A stretch of 32,000 nt of DNA. It comes from Mobilicoccus caccae. GTDB lineage: Bacteria > Actinomycetota > Actinomycetes > Actinomycetales > Dermatophilaceae. Under the pieces are notes generated by a model. It was not told the DNA's origin. It saw only the letters and a list, made by a program, of their open reading frames with translations, and did no database searches. Shown here one piece after another: positions 15,593-24,841 of the stretch. Both the position numbers and the translations under genes were made by a program. The DNA lies in NCBI RefSeq assembly GCF_030161635.1, contig NZ_BSUO01000001.1, forward strand, positions 817,199 to 849,198. Direction: 5' to 3'. Every line of letters starts with the position of its first letter. Position 1 is the stretch's first letter.

Positions 15593-16437
15593 GTGTGCCC
15601 TTCGGATCGGCGTCGATGACTCGATCGATGGAAGCACATCGGCGGGGTGGGCGCCCGTGGATCAGAACCGGTGGCGGGGGTGCCTCCCGCTGCGCCCCGA
15701 CCCGGGGACCCGGAGGCCACCATCGCGAGGAACTCGCTGAACATCGGCTCCCACGAGGAGCACACGGCGTCCATCCGCTCCAGATCCGGTTCGAGCGCGG
15801 CACGGGCCTCGGGGGTGAACAGTGGATGTCCGGCCTCGAGCAGCTCGGTCAGGGCCGCGCGGTCGAGGTAGGGGTGGCCCTGAAGCCCCCACGTCTGGGG
15901 CCCGAACCGGACGGCCTGGGGAAGGCCGGACTCGTCGACCGCGAGAACGGTGGACCCGACCGGCAGCCGGGTGAGGCCGAGGTCGCTCCACTCGATCCAG
16001 CGGGCGGTGGAGGGGACACGTGAGAACAAGGGGTCCAGACGCCCCTGGGCGGTGCGCGTGACCGCGCGGAGTCGGACCGGGATCGGCTCGGGAATCCCCG
16101 GCTGTGCGCCGAGGGCCCAGGCCACGAAGTGTGCTCCACCACCGATCCCGAGCGTGGGCATCTCGCGCCCGACGGAGGTGACGAGCAGGGCACCCAGGCC
16201 GCGGGTGTGGATGCGTTCGTCGTAGGGGCTGACAGCGCCCCCGACGACGAGCACTCCACAGAGGTTTTCGATACGCGGCAGGTCAGCAGCCGGATCGACC
16301 TCGTGCAGGGCAATGGTCACGCCGGAGTCCCGGCACCACTGAAGCAGCCTTTCGGGTGTCCGGACGCCCGGCAGGAGAGCGACGAGACAGGTAGACACCT
16401 GACCATCGTACTGAACGGTCGACCTGGAAGCGATCAC
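15589..16437 (-). CDS. Class-I glutamine amidotransferase-like protein with a degenerate active site (Cys to Gly, Glu to Tyr)
   Basis: Same fold signature as the downstream paralog, but PTLGIGGGAHF replaces PTLLVCLGHQL and WGLQGHPY replaces WGVQCHPE. Start uncertain (GTG 16437 or GTG 16398). Low-complexity C-terminal tail. Confidence 0.65.
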   Translation of the reverse strand: MIASRSTVQYDGQVSTCLVALLPGVRTPERLLQWCRDSGVTIALHEVDPAADLPRIENLCGVLVVGGAVSPYDERIHTRGLGALLVTSVGREMPTLGIGGGAHFVAWALGAQPGIPEPIPVRLRAVTRTAQGRLDPLFSRVPSTARWIEWSDLGLTRLPVGSTVLAVDESGLPQAVRFGPQTWGLQGHPYLDRAALTELLEAGHPLFTPEARAALEPDLERMDAVCSSWEPMFSEFLAMVASGSPGRGAAGGTPATGSDPRAPTPPMCFHRSSHRRRSEGHT

Positions 16438-16541
16438 GGCGCCCGGGCCTGCGACCAGCGGGTTGTTCGAACCCCGTGGCCAAACTTAACGAACAGGCCC
16501 TTCCGGTGCGAGCAGAGAACGCGCACAGCCGATCTCGGCGT

Positions 16542-17771
16542 TCACACCACGACGGCTCCGGACCTGACCGTCGCGAGGAACCGTTCGATACGGCCCACGG
16601 CCTCGGCGAGCTCGTCCTCGTGCGGCAGGGTGACGATGCGGAAGTGGTCGGTGTGCGGCCAGTTGAGGCCGGTCCCCTGCACGACCAGGACCTTCTGCGC
16701 CTTGAGGAGTTCGAGGGTGAAGGCCTCGTCGTCGGCGATCGGGTACACCGCGGGGTCGAGGCGGGGGAAGGCGTACAGCGCCCCCTTGGGCATCGTGCAC
16801 GAGACGCCGGGGATGCTGTTGAGCATCTCGACGGTGATGTTCCGCTGCCGCGCGAGCCGGCCGGTGGGGTGCACGAGTTCCTCGATGCTCTGCCGGCCGC
16901 CGAGGGCCGTGGCGATGGCGTGCTGCGCGGGGTGGTTGGCGCACAGGCGCATGTTGGAGAGGATCTCGATGCCCTCGATGTAGCTCTGCGCGTGCTCCTT
17001 CGGGCCCGAGATGACGAGCCACCCGCTGCGGAACCCGGCTACGCGGTAGCTCTTGGACAGCCCGTTGTAGGTGAGGCACAGCAGGTCGGGAGCGAGCGAC
17101 GCGGTGGGGATGTGGACGGCGTCGTCGTAGAGGATCTTGTCGTAGATCTCATCGCTCATGAGGATGAGCCCGTGCTTGCGGGCGATCCCGACGAGCCCTT
17201 CGAGGACCTCACGTGAGTAGACGGCGCCGGTCGGGTTGTTCGGGTTGATGATGACCATGGCCCGGGTGCGGTCGTTGACCTTGGCCTCGATGTCCGCGAG
17301 GTCGGGCGCCCAATCGGCCTCCTCGTCGCAGAGGTAGTGCACGGGAGTGCCGCCCGCGAGCGAGACCGTCGCCGTCCACAGCGGGTAGTCAGGCGCCGGG
17401 ATCAGCACCTCGTCGCCGTTGTCGAGCAACGCCTGCAGCGTGGTCGTGATGAGCTCGCTGACCCCGTTGCCGAGGTAGACGTCCTCGATGTCGAAGCCCT
17501 CGACGCCGCGCTCCTGGTAGTACTGCACGATCGCGCGGCGGGCCGAGACGATGCCCTTGCTGTCGGAGTATCCGACCGAGGAGGCGAGCTGGCGCCGCAT
17601 GTCGACGAGGATGCCCTCGGGCGCCTCGAAACCGAACGGGGCGGGGTTGCCGATGTTGAGCCGGATGATGCGGTGACCCTCGTCCTCCATCCGCTTGGCC
17701 TCGGCCGGGACGGGTCCCCGGATCGCGTAGTGGATGTCGGCGAGCTTGCGGGACTGGGAGACCGGGCGCAT
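16542..17771 (-). CDS. alaA: Alanine/glutamate-pyruvate aminotransferase (AlaA-type PLP-dependent aminotransferase)
   Basis: Near-collinear with E. coli AlaA: IRGPV..LNIGNPAPFGFEAP..GYSDSKG..IINPNNPTGAVYS..YNGLSKSYRVAGFR..MRLCANHPAQHAI..HFRIVTLP. Start at ATG 17771. Confidence 0.9.
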   Translation of the reverse strand: MRPVSQSRKLADIHYAIRGPVPAEAKRMEDEGHRIIRLNIGNPAPFGFEAPEGILVDMRRQLASSVGYSDSKGIVSARRAIVQYYQERGVEGFDIEDVYLGNGVSELITTTLQALLDNGDEVLIPAPDYPLWTATVSLAGGTPVHYLCDEEADWAPDLADIEAKVNDRTRAMVIINPNNPTGAVYSREVLEGLVGIARKHGLILMSDEIYDKILYDDAVHIPTASLAPDLLCLTYNGLSKSYRVAGFRSGWLVISGPKEHAQSYIEGIEILSNMRLCANHPAQHAIATALGGRQSIEELVHPTGRLARQRNITVEMLNSIPGVSCTMPKGALYAFPRLDPAVYPIADDEAFTLELLKAQKVLVVQGTGLNWPHTDHFRIVTLPHEDELAEAVGRIERFLATVRSGAVVV

Positions 17772-18180
17772 GCGCTCATCATGGCACCGCCGGTGGTGTA
17801 GGGCCGCGAACGGCACAGACCTCGAGGCGCTCTCTTCACCTCACCTCACGGGCCGCGTCGAGGCGCCGCGACTCCTCGTCGTCGTGGCGGCGAGGACCGG
17901 GGTGCCGCCGACAGAGTCGCAGGTCAACAGGACTTCGCGCCAAGTCCTTGGTTCCACCCGCTGCCCGTCGATAGGGGATGCGGAGCGTGGCGGGCGGCGG
18001 AGGAGGGGCCGCCGCCCGTCACGCGCCTTTCCACCCCGCCGGCGCACTCGCGCCCGTCGCTGCAGGGTGATGAACCCCCCGGCCGGCATGACGAACGTCA
18101 TCCCCGCCCCGTGCACGCCTCACCCGGACCGATGCCCGGGCTCATCGCCTCACCGCCCCGACCGGCACCACGATGAAGAC

Positions 18181-19104
18181 ATGACGACAACGCTTCTTCG
18201 TGCAACCGGGCTCCACCGCCGCTACGGCCACCCCCGCACCGGGTTCGAGGCCGTGCGCGGTGTCGACATCGAGGTCGGGCCGGGCGAGTTCTTCGCCCTC
18301 CTCGGCACCAACGGTGCGGGCAAGACCTCGACGATGGACCTGCTCGAGGGCGTCGCCCGCCCGACCGCGGGCAGCGTCGAGATCGCCGGCCTCGACCCGT
18401 TCACCGACCGCCGCCGCCTGCGTCCGCACATGGGTGTGGTGCTGCAGAACGCCGGGTTCTCCGGGGACCTCACGGTTCTCGAGACCGCCCGGATGTGGGC
18501 GGGCACCATGGCCGCACCGCGACCGGTCGAGGAGGCGCTCGCCATCGTCGACGTGCACGAGCGTCGCGACGTGCCGGTGCAGAGCCTGTCCGGTGGTGAA
18601 CGCCGGCGCCTGGATCTGGCCCTGTCGATCATGGGCAAGCCCCGCATCCTCTTCCTCGACGAGCCGACGACCGGCCTCGATCCCGAGAGCCGCCACCGCG
18701 CCTGGGACGTCCTCGGAGGCCTGTTGGACGACGGAACGGCGATCGTCCTCACCACGCACTACCTCGAGGAGGCCGAGCGGCTGGCCGACCGGATCTCGAT
18801 CATGCACGAGGGACGGATCGCCACCTCGGGGACGCTGTCGGAGATCGTCGCCGGCGCACCCGCCACGATCTCCTTCCAGACCCCGGGGGTCACCCTCCCG
18901 CGGATCCCCGACGCGCGCGTCGAATTCGACGGCCCGCGCACCGTCCTGCGCACGCCGGAACTGCAGCGCACCCTGCGCGAGCTGCTCGCCTGGGCGGGCG
19001 ACGACATCGACCTCGTGGGCCTGCGTGCCTCGGCCGCCTCGCTCGAACAGATCTTCCTCGAGATCGCCGGCACCACCGACGCCGCGCAGTCGGCCGCCGC
19101 GTGA
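18181..19104 (+). CDS. ABC transporter ATP-binding protein (ABC-2 type exporter)
   Basis: Walker A GTNGAGKTS, signature LSGGERRR, Walker B LFLDEPT and TTHYLEEAE. Start at ATG 18181; in-frame upstream ATGs exist but lack homology support. Confidence 0.9.
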   Translation: MTTTLLRATGLHRRYGHPRTGFEAVRGVDIEVGPGEFFALLGTNGAGKTSTMDLLEGVARPTAGSVEIAGLDPFTDRRRLRPHMGVVLQNAGFSGDLTVLETARMWAGTMAAPRPVEEALAIVDVHERRDVPVQSLSGGERRRLDLALSIMGKPRILFLDEPTTGLDPESRHRAWDVLGGLLDDGTAIVLTTHYLEEAERLADRISIMHEGRIATSGTLSEIVAGAPATISFQTPGVTLPRIPDARVEFDGPRTVLRTPELQRTLRELLAWAGDDIDLVGLRASAASLEQIFLEIAGTTDAAQSAAA

Positions 19105-20069
19105 GCGGGCCGACCATGACCACGCCAGCTTCGAATCACCAGGAGACAGCGATGCACAGCGAGACCTCCACGACCGACCCGACCACGCGCGACACGACCG
19201 CCCGCGACACGACCACCCCCGGCGGCGTGACGCCGACGGGCTCGAGCGTCGCCACCGCCGCTCGCCCCGTCACCCTTCCGGAGGTGCGCCCCGCGAGTCG
19301 CCTCAAGCAGGCTCTCTCCCTCGCCGGCGCGGAGTGGCGCCTGCTGCGGCGCAACAAGGTCGCCCTCATGAACACCCTGCTCATGCCGGCACTGATCGTG
19401 GTGTTCTTCTCGGCGATGCCCATGGGCAACGATCTGGGCTTCGGGCGACTCGCCCCGATCCTCATCCTCGGAACGGCGCTGATCTTCGTCGTCTACTACA
19501 CCCTCGTCACCGCGCTCGTCGCCCGCCGTGAGGCCTACGTGCTGCAGCGGTTGCGCACCGGCGAGGCGTCCGACGCGGTGATCCTCACGGGGCTCTCGCT
19601 GCCCTTCGCGCTCATCACGATCCTGCAGACCGTGCTGTGCGTCCTCGGCGCGGCCCTGCTGCTGGGCGTGGGGATGCCGCCGAACGTGCTGCTGATCGGC
19701 GTGGCCATGGCGCTCGGCACCATCGTGTGGTCCCTGCTGGGCATCGCCTCCACCGGATTCACCCGCAGCGTCGAGCACGCCCAGATCACTACTCTCCCCT
19801 TGATCTTCGTGCCGCTGCTCCTGTCGGGCATCTCCTTCCCGCTCACGATGCTGCCCGACTGGGCCCAGCGCATCGCCGCCTGGACCCCGCTGAACCCCGT
19901 CGTCGAGCTCATGCGGCTCGGCATGGCGGGAGTGGACGCCGACGGCACCGCGCTCACCTTCGCCGAGACGTTCACCGCGGCCGGCATGCCCGTGCTCGTG
20001 CTCGTCGTCTGGACCGTCCTCGCCGCCTGGCTCGTGCGCCGCTACCTGAAGTGGGAGCCGCGCCGGTGA
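19101..20069 (+). CDS. ABC-2 family transporter permease with a Thr-rich N-terminal extension
   Basis: GTG 19101 overlaps the ATPase stop (GTGA); alternative ATGs at 19116 and 19152. Six hydrophobic segments. C-terminus ..LVRRYLKWEPRR. Confidence 0.85.
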   Translation: MSGPTMTTPASNHQETAMHSETSTTDPTTRDTTARDTTTPGGVTPTGSSVATAARPVTLPEVRPASRLKQALSLAGAEWRLLRRNKVALMNTLLMPALIVVFFSAMPMGNDLGFGRLAPILILGTALIFVVYYTLVTALVARREAYVLQRLRTGEASDAVILTGLSLPFALITILQTVLCVLGAALLLGVGMPPNVLLIGVAMALGTIVWSLLGIASTGFTRSVEHAQITTLPLIFVPLLLSGISFPLTMLPDWAQRIAAWTPLNPVVELMRLGMAGVDADGTALTFAETFTAAGMPVLVLVVWTVLAAWLVRRYLKWEPRR

Positions 20070-20088
20070 CATCGGTGCTCACGGACGA

Positions 20089-21389
20089 GTGGCAGGCATG
20101 ATCGGAACCATGGATCACTCCGCCACCACACACGCCACCGGGGCGCGGGCCGACGACATCGTCGGTCCGCGCAGCGAACGTGAACGTCGCCGCTTCGAGG
20201 CCTACTGCCGCTGGTCGATGCACGTGATCCTGCTCGGCGCCGGAGTCGTGGCGGCCGCGGGCTCCCTGTCGGCCGGACGCGCGGGGGTGCGCGCCCACGG
20301 CTGGAGCCCGGAGACCGGGCTGCTCATCGGCGCGGTCTCCGCCGGAGTCGCGATCGTGTGGACGGCGCTGGCCATCGCACTCACGGAGTTGCTGTGCACC
20401 GAGCGCCCGGTGCCGCCCGTCGTCGTCCGCTCCTTCGCCGTCATCTCGGTGATCGGGATGGTCGGGCAGGCGGCTCTGGTGCCCTCGACCGGGATCCGTG
20501 AGCAGGGTGCGGGACCGTTCATCGGCCTGGGACCCGCCATCCTCATCGGCACGGCAGCGGTCGCCGCCCTCACCAAACGGTGGCGTCTCGTGCTGGCCGG
20601 CACGGTGATCGGGTTGATCGTCCTCTACCTGGTGTACGTGGTCGGGCCGCCCGGGCTGTCCACCCCGCGGCCGCGGCCGTGATGGTCATGACGACGTGGC
20701 TGTGCATCGTCATCGTCCCCACGGCGATGGCGACGCGATGGATGATCGACGTCGTCCGCCGCCTGTGGCGGTCGCGGCAGGTGGCCGCCGACCTCGCCGT
20801 CGCCGAGGAACGCCTGCGCTTCTCCCGCGACCTGCACGACGTCTTCGGACGCACCCTGTCCACCGTCGCGGTCAAGAGCGAACTCGCCGCCGAACTCGCC
20901 CGGCGCGGCGACGACCGCGCCGCCGAGGAGATGATGGCCGTCCGCGAGATCGCGCAGAGCGCACTGACCGACGTCCGCGGGCTCGTCCGCGGCTATCGGC
21001 GTATCCAGCTCGACGACGAGGTCATCGGTGCGCGGTCGGTGTTGCGCGCCGCCGGGATCCGCACCCGCGTGCTGGGACTGGACGACCCCGAGGCGGTCGC
21101 GGCGCGGCTGTCGGACCCGGCCGCGGAGGCGCTCGCGTGGGTCGTCCGCGAAGGCGTCACCAACGTGCTCCGGCACGGCCAGGCCGGCGAGGTGCGCATC
21201 ACCGTCGACGAGGCGCCCGACCACGTTGTGCTGACCATCGAGAACACCTCGCTCAACGCCGTGACCCGCACGCCGGGCGGGACCGGACTCATCGGTCTGC
21301 GGGAGCGGGTGGAGGCCGTGGGCGGATCACTCGAGGCGGGCCCGTCGGAGTCCGGATTCGCGCTGGTCGCCGGGGTTCCGCTGCACTGA
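20089..21389 (+). pseudogene. DesK/NarX-like sensor histidine kinase (HisKA_3 + HATPase_c). The membrane domain and the kinase core are in different frames
   Basis: ORF 20089..20682 encodes 4-5 TM helices. The frame of ORF 20580..21389 encodes one more TM (AAVMVMTTWLCIVIVPTAMA), the H-box EERLRFSRDLHDVFGRTLS, and N/G boxes (REGVTNVLRH, GTGLIGLRERV). They join with +1 nt between 20644 and 20680. Alternatively these are two genuine genes overlapping as TGATG at 20680-20684. Start is ambiguous (GTG 20089, ATG 20098 or ATG 20110). Confidence 0.7.
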
Positions 21390-21413
21390 GCTGTGGAGCG
21401 CGAGGAGGCAGCG

Positions 21414-21449
21414 CGGCCGACGAGGCGCGACACCCTGCGGCTCGTCGGC
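21414..21449 (+). other. Stem-loop in the kinase-regulator intergenic region (possible attenuator or processing site)
   Basis: 10-bp stem ggccgacgag / ctcgtcggcc with a 16-nt loop, inside the 97-nt gap between the kinase stop and the regulator start. Confidence 0.3.
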
Positions 21450-21486
21450 CCGCCGCCCGGTTAGCCTGCTCACAGGAGGTGCCGCC

Positions 21487-22092
21487 ATGGTCCGTCTGCT
21501 GCTGGCCGACGACGAGAACATGTTCCGCGACGCGCTCGCGACCCTGCTCGGTCTGCAGGACGACCTCGAGGTCGTGGCCCAGGCCGCGTCGGGGGCCGAG
21601 GCCATCGCCGTCGTCCGCTCCAGCGAGATCGACGTCGCCGTGCTGGATCTGCAGATGCCGGGCATGGACGGCATCGCCGTGGCCGAGACGTTGCTGGCCA
21701 TGACCCCACCGGTGAGCTGCCTCATCGTCACGAGCCACGGACGCCCCGGTTATCTCAAGCGGGCTCTGGAGCTGGGCGTTCGCGGGTTCCTGCCCAAGAC
21801 CGCCTCGGCCGGAGTGCTCGCCGACGCCATCCGTGCCGTGCATACCGGTGGTCGGTATGTCGACCCCGAGTTGGCCGCCGACGCCATCGCCGCGGGGGCC
21901 AACCCGCTCTCGGCCCGCGAGGCCGACGTCCTCGAACTCGCCGCGGAGGGCGCTCCCGTGGACGAGATCGCGGCCCGTGCTCATCTGTCACCGGGAACGG
22001 TGCGCAACTACCTGTCGGCGGCCGTGGCCAAGACCGGCGCGAACAACCGGCACGAGGCCGTGCATTTGGCCCGCGACCGCGGTTGGATCTGA
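21487..22092 (+). CDS. LuxR/NarL-family two-component response regulator
   Basis: Receiver domain LLLADDE..VAVLDLQMPGMDG..LIVTSH and C-terminal HTH LSAREADVLELAAEG..EIAARAHLSPGTVRNYLSAAVAKTG. AGGAGG lies upstream of the ATG. Confidence 0.92.
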   Translation: MVRLLLADDENMFRDALATLLGLQDDLEVVAQAASGAEAIAVVRSSEIDVAVLDLQMPGMDGIAVAETLLAMTPPVSCLIVTSHGRPGYLKRALELGVRGFLPKTASAGVLADAIRAVHTGGRYVDPELAADAIAAGANPLSAREADVLELAAEGAPVDEIAARAHLSPGTVRNYLSAAVAKTGANNRHEAVHLARDRGWI

Positions 22093-22099
22093 CCGACGA

Positions 22100-22133
22100 A
22101 CTCGGACCGCCTCCGGGTGGAGGCGGTCCGAGT
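22100..22133. terminator. Bidirectional stem-loop between the convergent response regulator and nitric-oxide reductase genes
   Basis: 15-bp perfect stem actcggaccgcctcc / ggaggcggtccgagt with a 4-nt loop. Confidence 0.65.
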
Positions 22134-22158
22134 CGGTGGGAGTTGGTGGGAGCCGGCG

Positions 22159-24576
22159 TCAGTTCGTGGCGTCGGCGTGATCGGTGGAGCGTGGTTCGGC
22201 CTCGGTCGAGCCCGGCACGGTGTGGGGGCCGCGGTCCTTGAGGGCGTGGCCGGTGAGCAGGCCCACCATGAACAGCCCGATCGAGAGGGCACCCACGGCG
22301 AAGATCGTGTCACCCGGGGTGCGCATCCACCGAAGGACGGTGAGCACGGGGTCGTACAGGAACTCCGGGCTGCGGGCGTACCACAGGCCCTCGTTCATGC
22401 TGGCCCACGCCTGGGCCAGACCCAGCGGCAGCAGGCTGAGCAGCGCCATGGCCAGCAGTCCGCCGTTCATGGCCCAGAAGCCCAGCTTGAGCGGCCAGTC
22501 GTTCCACTCCCGCCCCGGCATGAGGCTGCGCACGCAGAACAGCATGAGACCGATGCCGAGCATCCCGTACACCCCGAACAGCGCGGTGTGCGCGTGCAGG
22601 GGAGTGAGGTTGAGGCCCTTGACGTAGAACAACGAGATCGGCGGGTTGATGAGGAACCCGAAGACGCCGGCGCCCAGCATGTTCCAGAACGACACCGAGA
22701 TGAAGAAGTAGATCGCCCACTTGTAGCCCGCGACCCACTCGCTCACGCGGAGGATCTTGAGGTTGCGGAACGCCTCGAAGCCCATCAGCGCCAGCGGCAC
22801 GACCTCCAGCGCACTGAACGTCGCACTCCATGCCATGACGGCGTCGCTGCCACCCGAGAAGTACAGGTGGTGACCGGTGCCGATGATGCCGCCGAGGAGG
22901 AAGATCGTCGTCGCGGCGAGCGTGGCCGTCGTCGCCATCCGCGGACGCACGAGGCCGAGGCGGGCGAAGAGGAACGCGATGACCACGGTGGCGAAGACCT
23001 CGAAGAAGCCCTCGACCCACAGGTGCACGACCCACCAGCGCCAGTACTCCAGGATCGACAGGTGGCTGTCGCGGCCCATGCCGAACGCGGCACCGAAGAA
23101 CGAGGCGATCGCGAAGCAGCTGATGAGCAGCATGATGATGAGCGTGCGCTGCGAGCCACCGGCCAGCGGCGCGTTGGCCGTCGGCGCGGCGCGGCCGCCC
23201 TTGGCGCGGCGCACGGCCGGCCACATCGACCGGAACATGAGGAAGAACCACAGGAACAGGCCGATGAAGAGCCCGATCTGCCAGAGACGGGCCAGGTCGA
23301 GGTACTCCATGCCGGTGGTGCCGAGCCACCAGTTCATCGGGGTGCCGTACCCCATCTTGCCGGTGATGGACAGCCACTGGCCGGCCATCGAGCCGGCGAC
23401 GACGACGATCAGCGCGCCGAACAGCACGTTGACGCCGAGGCGCTGGAACTTCGGCTCGAAGCCGCCCACCGCGGGGCCGACGTAGAGACCGGTGGCGAGC
23501 CAGGCCGTGGCGATCCAGAGGATGCCGAGCTGGGTGTGCCAGGTGCGGGCGACCGCGTACGGGAGGATCTGATCGATGGGGATGCCGTAGAGCGCGCCGC
23601 CCTCGACCCCGTAGTGCGCCGTGATAATGCCCACCGCGATCTGCAGCACGAACAGGGCTCCGACCACGAAGAAGTACTTGAGCGTGGCCTTCTGCGAGGG
23701 CGTCGACTCGTATCCGAGCAGCGGGTCGTTCGACGGCGGACGCTTGGTCACCTCGTCCTCGGGGTGGTGGCTGTGGTACCAGACCATGCCCGCGATGCCC
23801 ATGAGGAGCACGATGAAGCTGATGATGCTCCACAGGATGTTCGGCGCGTTCGGCACGTTGTCGACCAGCGGCTCGTGCGGCCAGTTGCGCAGGTAGGTCG
23901 CGTCGCCGGGCTCGGTCTCGGTGGACGCCGCCCAGCTACCCCAGAAGAAGAACGCGTTCATCTTGCGCATCGCCTCGGGGTCGTCGATCGTCCCGGCCGG
24001 GATGGCCATGTCGACGTTGCCGTTCATGAAGACGTCGGCGTAGTGCGCGGCGTTCGCCTCGTAGGCGGCGGCCCGGGCCGGGCTGATCGTGATCGTTCCG
24101 GTCGACGGGTCGTAGGTGTTGGTGCGGAACGCCGTGACGACGTGGGCGTCGATCGCGCCCTTGTCCTCCGGAGAGGCGGCGTCGTAACCGGGCAGGCCAC
24201 GCTCCTGCACGTAGGAGCTCTGCACGTGGACCGCCTCGCGGTGCAGCCAGTCGGCGGTCCAGTCGGGGGCGACGTAGGAGCCGTGGCCCCACACCGATCC
24301 GATCTGGTGGCCGCCGATGGACTGCCAGACCTGCTGGCCGGCGAGCACGTCGCCTTCGTTCACCAGCACCTCACCGTCCGTCGAGACGACCTGGGTGGGG
24401 ATCGGCGGTTTGTTGTCGTTGATGTCGACGCCCATCCAGATGAGGACGCTGAACGACCCCACGACCACCGCCAGCAGCGCGGCCCACCATCGCCGCTGAG
24501 CGATGAAGTGGTGCCGGGCGTCGTCGTCGTCCGGTGGTGGGGTGGCGTCCTGTCGAGCCGGAAGCGTGGTACTCAC
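22159..24576 (-). CDS. norZ: Quinol-dependent nitric-oxide reductase (qNOR, single-subunit NorB/NorZ type)
   Basis: 805 aa. N-terminal TM plus a periplasmic cytochrome-c-fold-like domain fused to a heme-copper-oxidase core: WWVVHLWVEGFFEVF, GTGHHLYF and HAHTALFGVYG. GTG start at 24576 with AGGAG 7 nt upstream. Confidence 0.92.
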   Translation of the reverse strand: MSTTLPARQDATPPPDDDDARHHFIAQRRWWAALLAVVVGSFSVLIWMGVDINDNKPPIPTQVVSTDGEVLVNEGDVLAGQQVWQSIGGHQIGSVWGHGSYVAPDWTADWLHREAVHVQSSYVQERGLPGYDAASPEDKGAIDAHVVTAFRTNTYDPSTGTITISPARAAAYEANAAHYADVFMNGNVDMAIPAGTIDDPEAMRKMNAFFFWGSWAASTETEPGDATYLRNWPHEPLVDNVPNAPNILWSIISFIVLLMGIAGMVWYHSHHPEDEVTKRPPSNDPLLGYESTPSQKATLKYFFVVGALFVLQIAVGIITAHYGVEGGALYGIPIDQILPYAVARTWHTQLGILWIATAWLATGLYVGPAVGGFEPKFQRLGVNVLFGALIVVVAGSMAGQWLSITGKMGYGTPMNWWLGTTGMEYLDLARLWQIGLFIGLFLWFFLMFRSMWPAVRRAKGGRAAPTANAPLAGGSQRTLIIMLLISCFAIASFFGAAFGMGRDSHLSILEYWRWWVVHLWVEGFFEVFATVVIAFLFARLGLVRPRMATTATLAATTIFLLGGIIGTGHHLYFSGGSDAVMAWSATFSALEVVPLALMGFEAFRNLKILRVSEWVAGYKWAIYFFISVSFWNMLGAGVFGFLINPPISLFYVKGLNLTPLHAHTALFGVYGMLGIGLMLFCVRSLMPGREWNDWPLKLGFWAMNGGLLAMALLSLLPLGLAQAWASMNEGLWYARSPEFLYDPVLTVLRWMRTPGDTIFAVGALSIGLFMVGLLTGHALKDRGPHTVPGSTEAEPRSTDHADATN

Positions 24577-24665
24577 GAGGTACTCCTACCAAAAAACACG
24601 ATATTGACCGTGCAAAACATACGCCCACCGAGGTGGCAAGCCGAGCGCTGGGTTCCCGGTCAGGT

Positions 24666-24681
24666 CGTGACTTGCATCACA
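24666..24681. promoter_or_regulatory. Crp/Fnr-family-like palindrome upstream of norZ (TGTGA-N6-TCACg in gene orientation)
   Basis: The plus strand reads cgtgacttgcatcaca, a 9/10 match to TGTGA-N6-TCACA, centred about 97 nt upstream of the norZ GTG. An AT-rich tract and a TATGTT hexamer (24621-24616) lie downstream. Motif match only. Confidence 0.35.
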
Positions 24682-24841
24682 ATCCGCGCCAGGGGCGAGG
24701 CCGAGCGTACTCCCGTTCCGGCCCGGATCGAGGCGCGATCCCGCGGCCGGTTCCCCGGGTCGGCCTCCTGGCGCCGGCCATCGAGTCGCCATGCAGCACA
24801 AAGCTCCGCGCGCATGCGCGAGGAGCCCGGTGCTGCCTGTC

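Noticed and set aside
16456-16476. gggttgttcgaaccccgtggcca resembles a tRNA T-arm plus CCA end (possible tRNA or att remnant)
   Set aside because: The hairpin has a 5-nt loop rather than the 7-nt T-loop. Too few nucleotides lie between the loop and CCA for a T-stem plus acceptor stem. No D or anticodon arms can be drawn upstream.
18088-18101. Palindrome atgacgAAcgtcat upstream of the resident ABC ATPase, plus a 10-bp GC hairpin at 17991-18018 and a 7-bp hairpin at 17929-17948 in the 410-bp alaA/ABC divergent region
   Set aside because: The arms are short and the hairpins are GC-rich and expected by chance at this base composition. None is associated with a gene end or a recognisable motif. 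Noted only as candidates for operator mapping.
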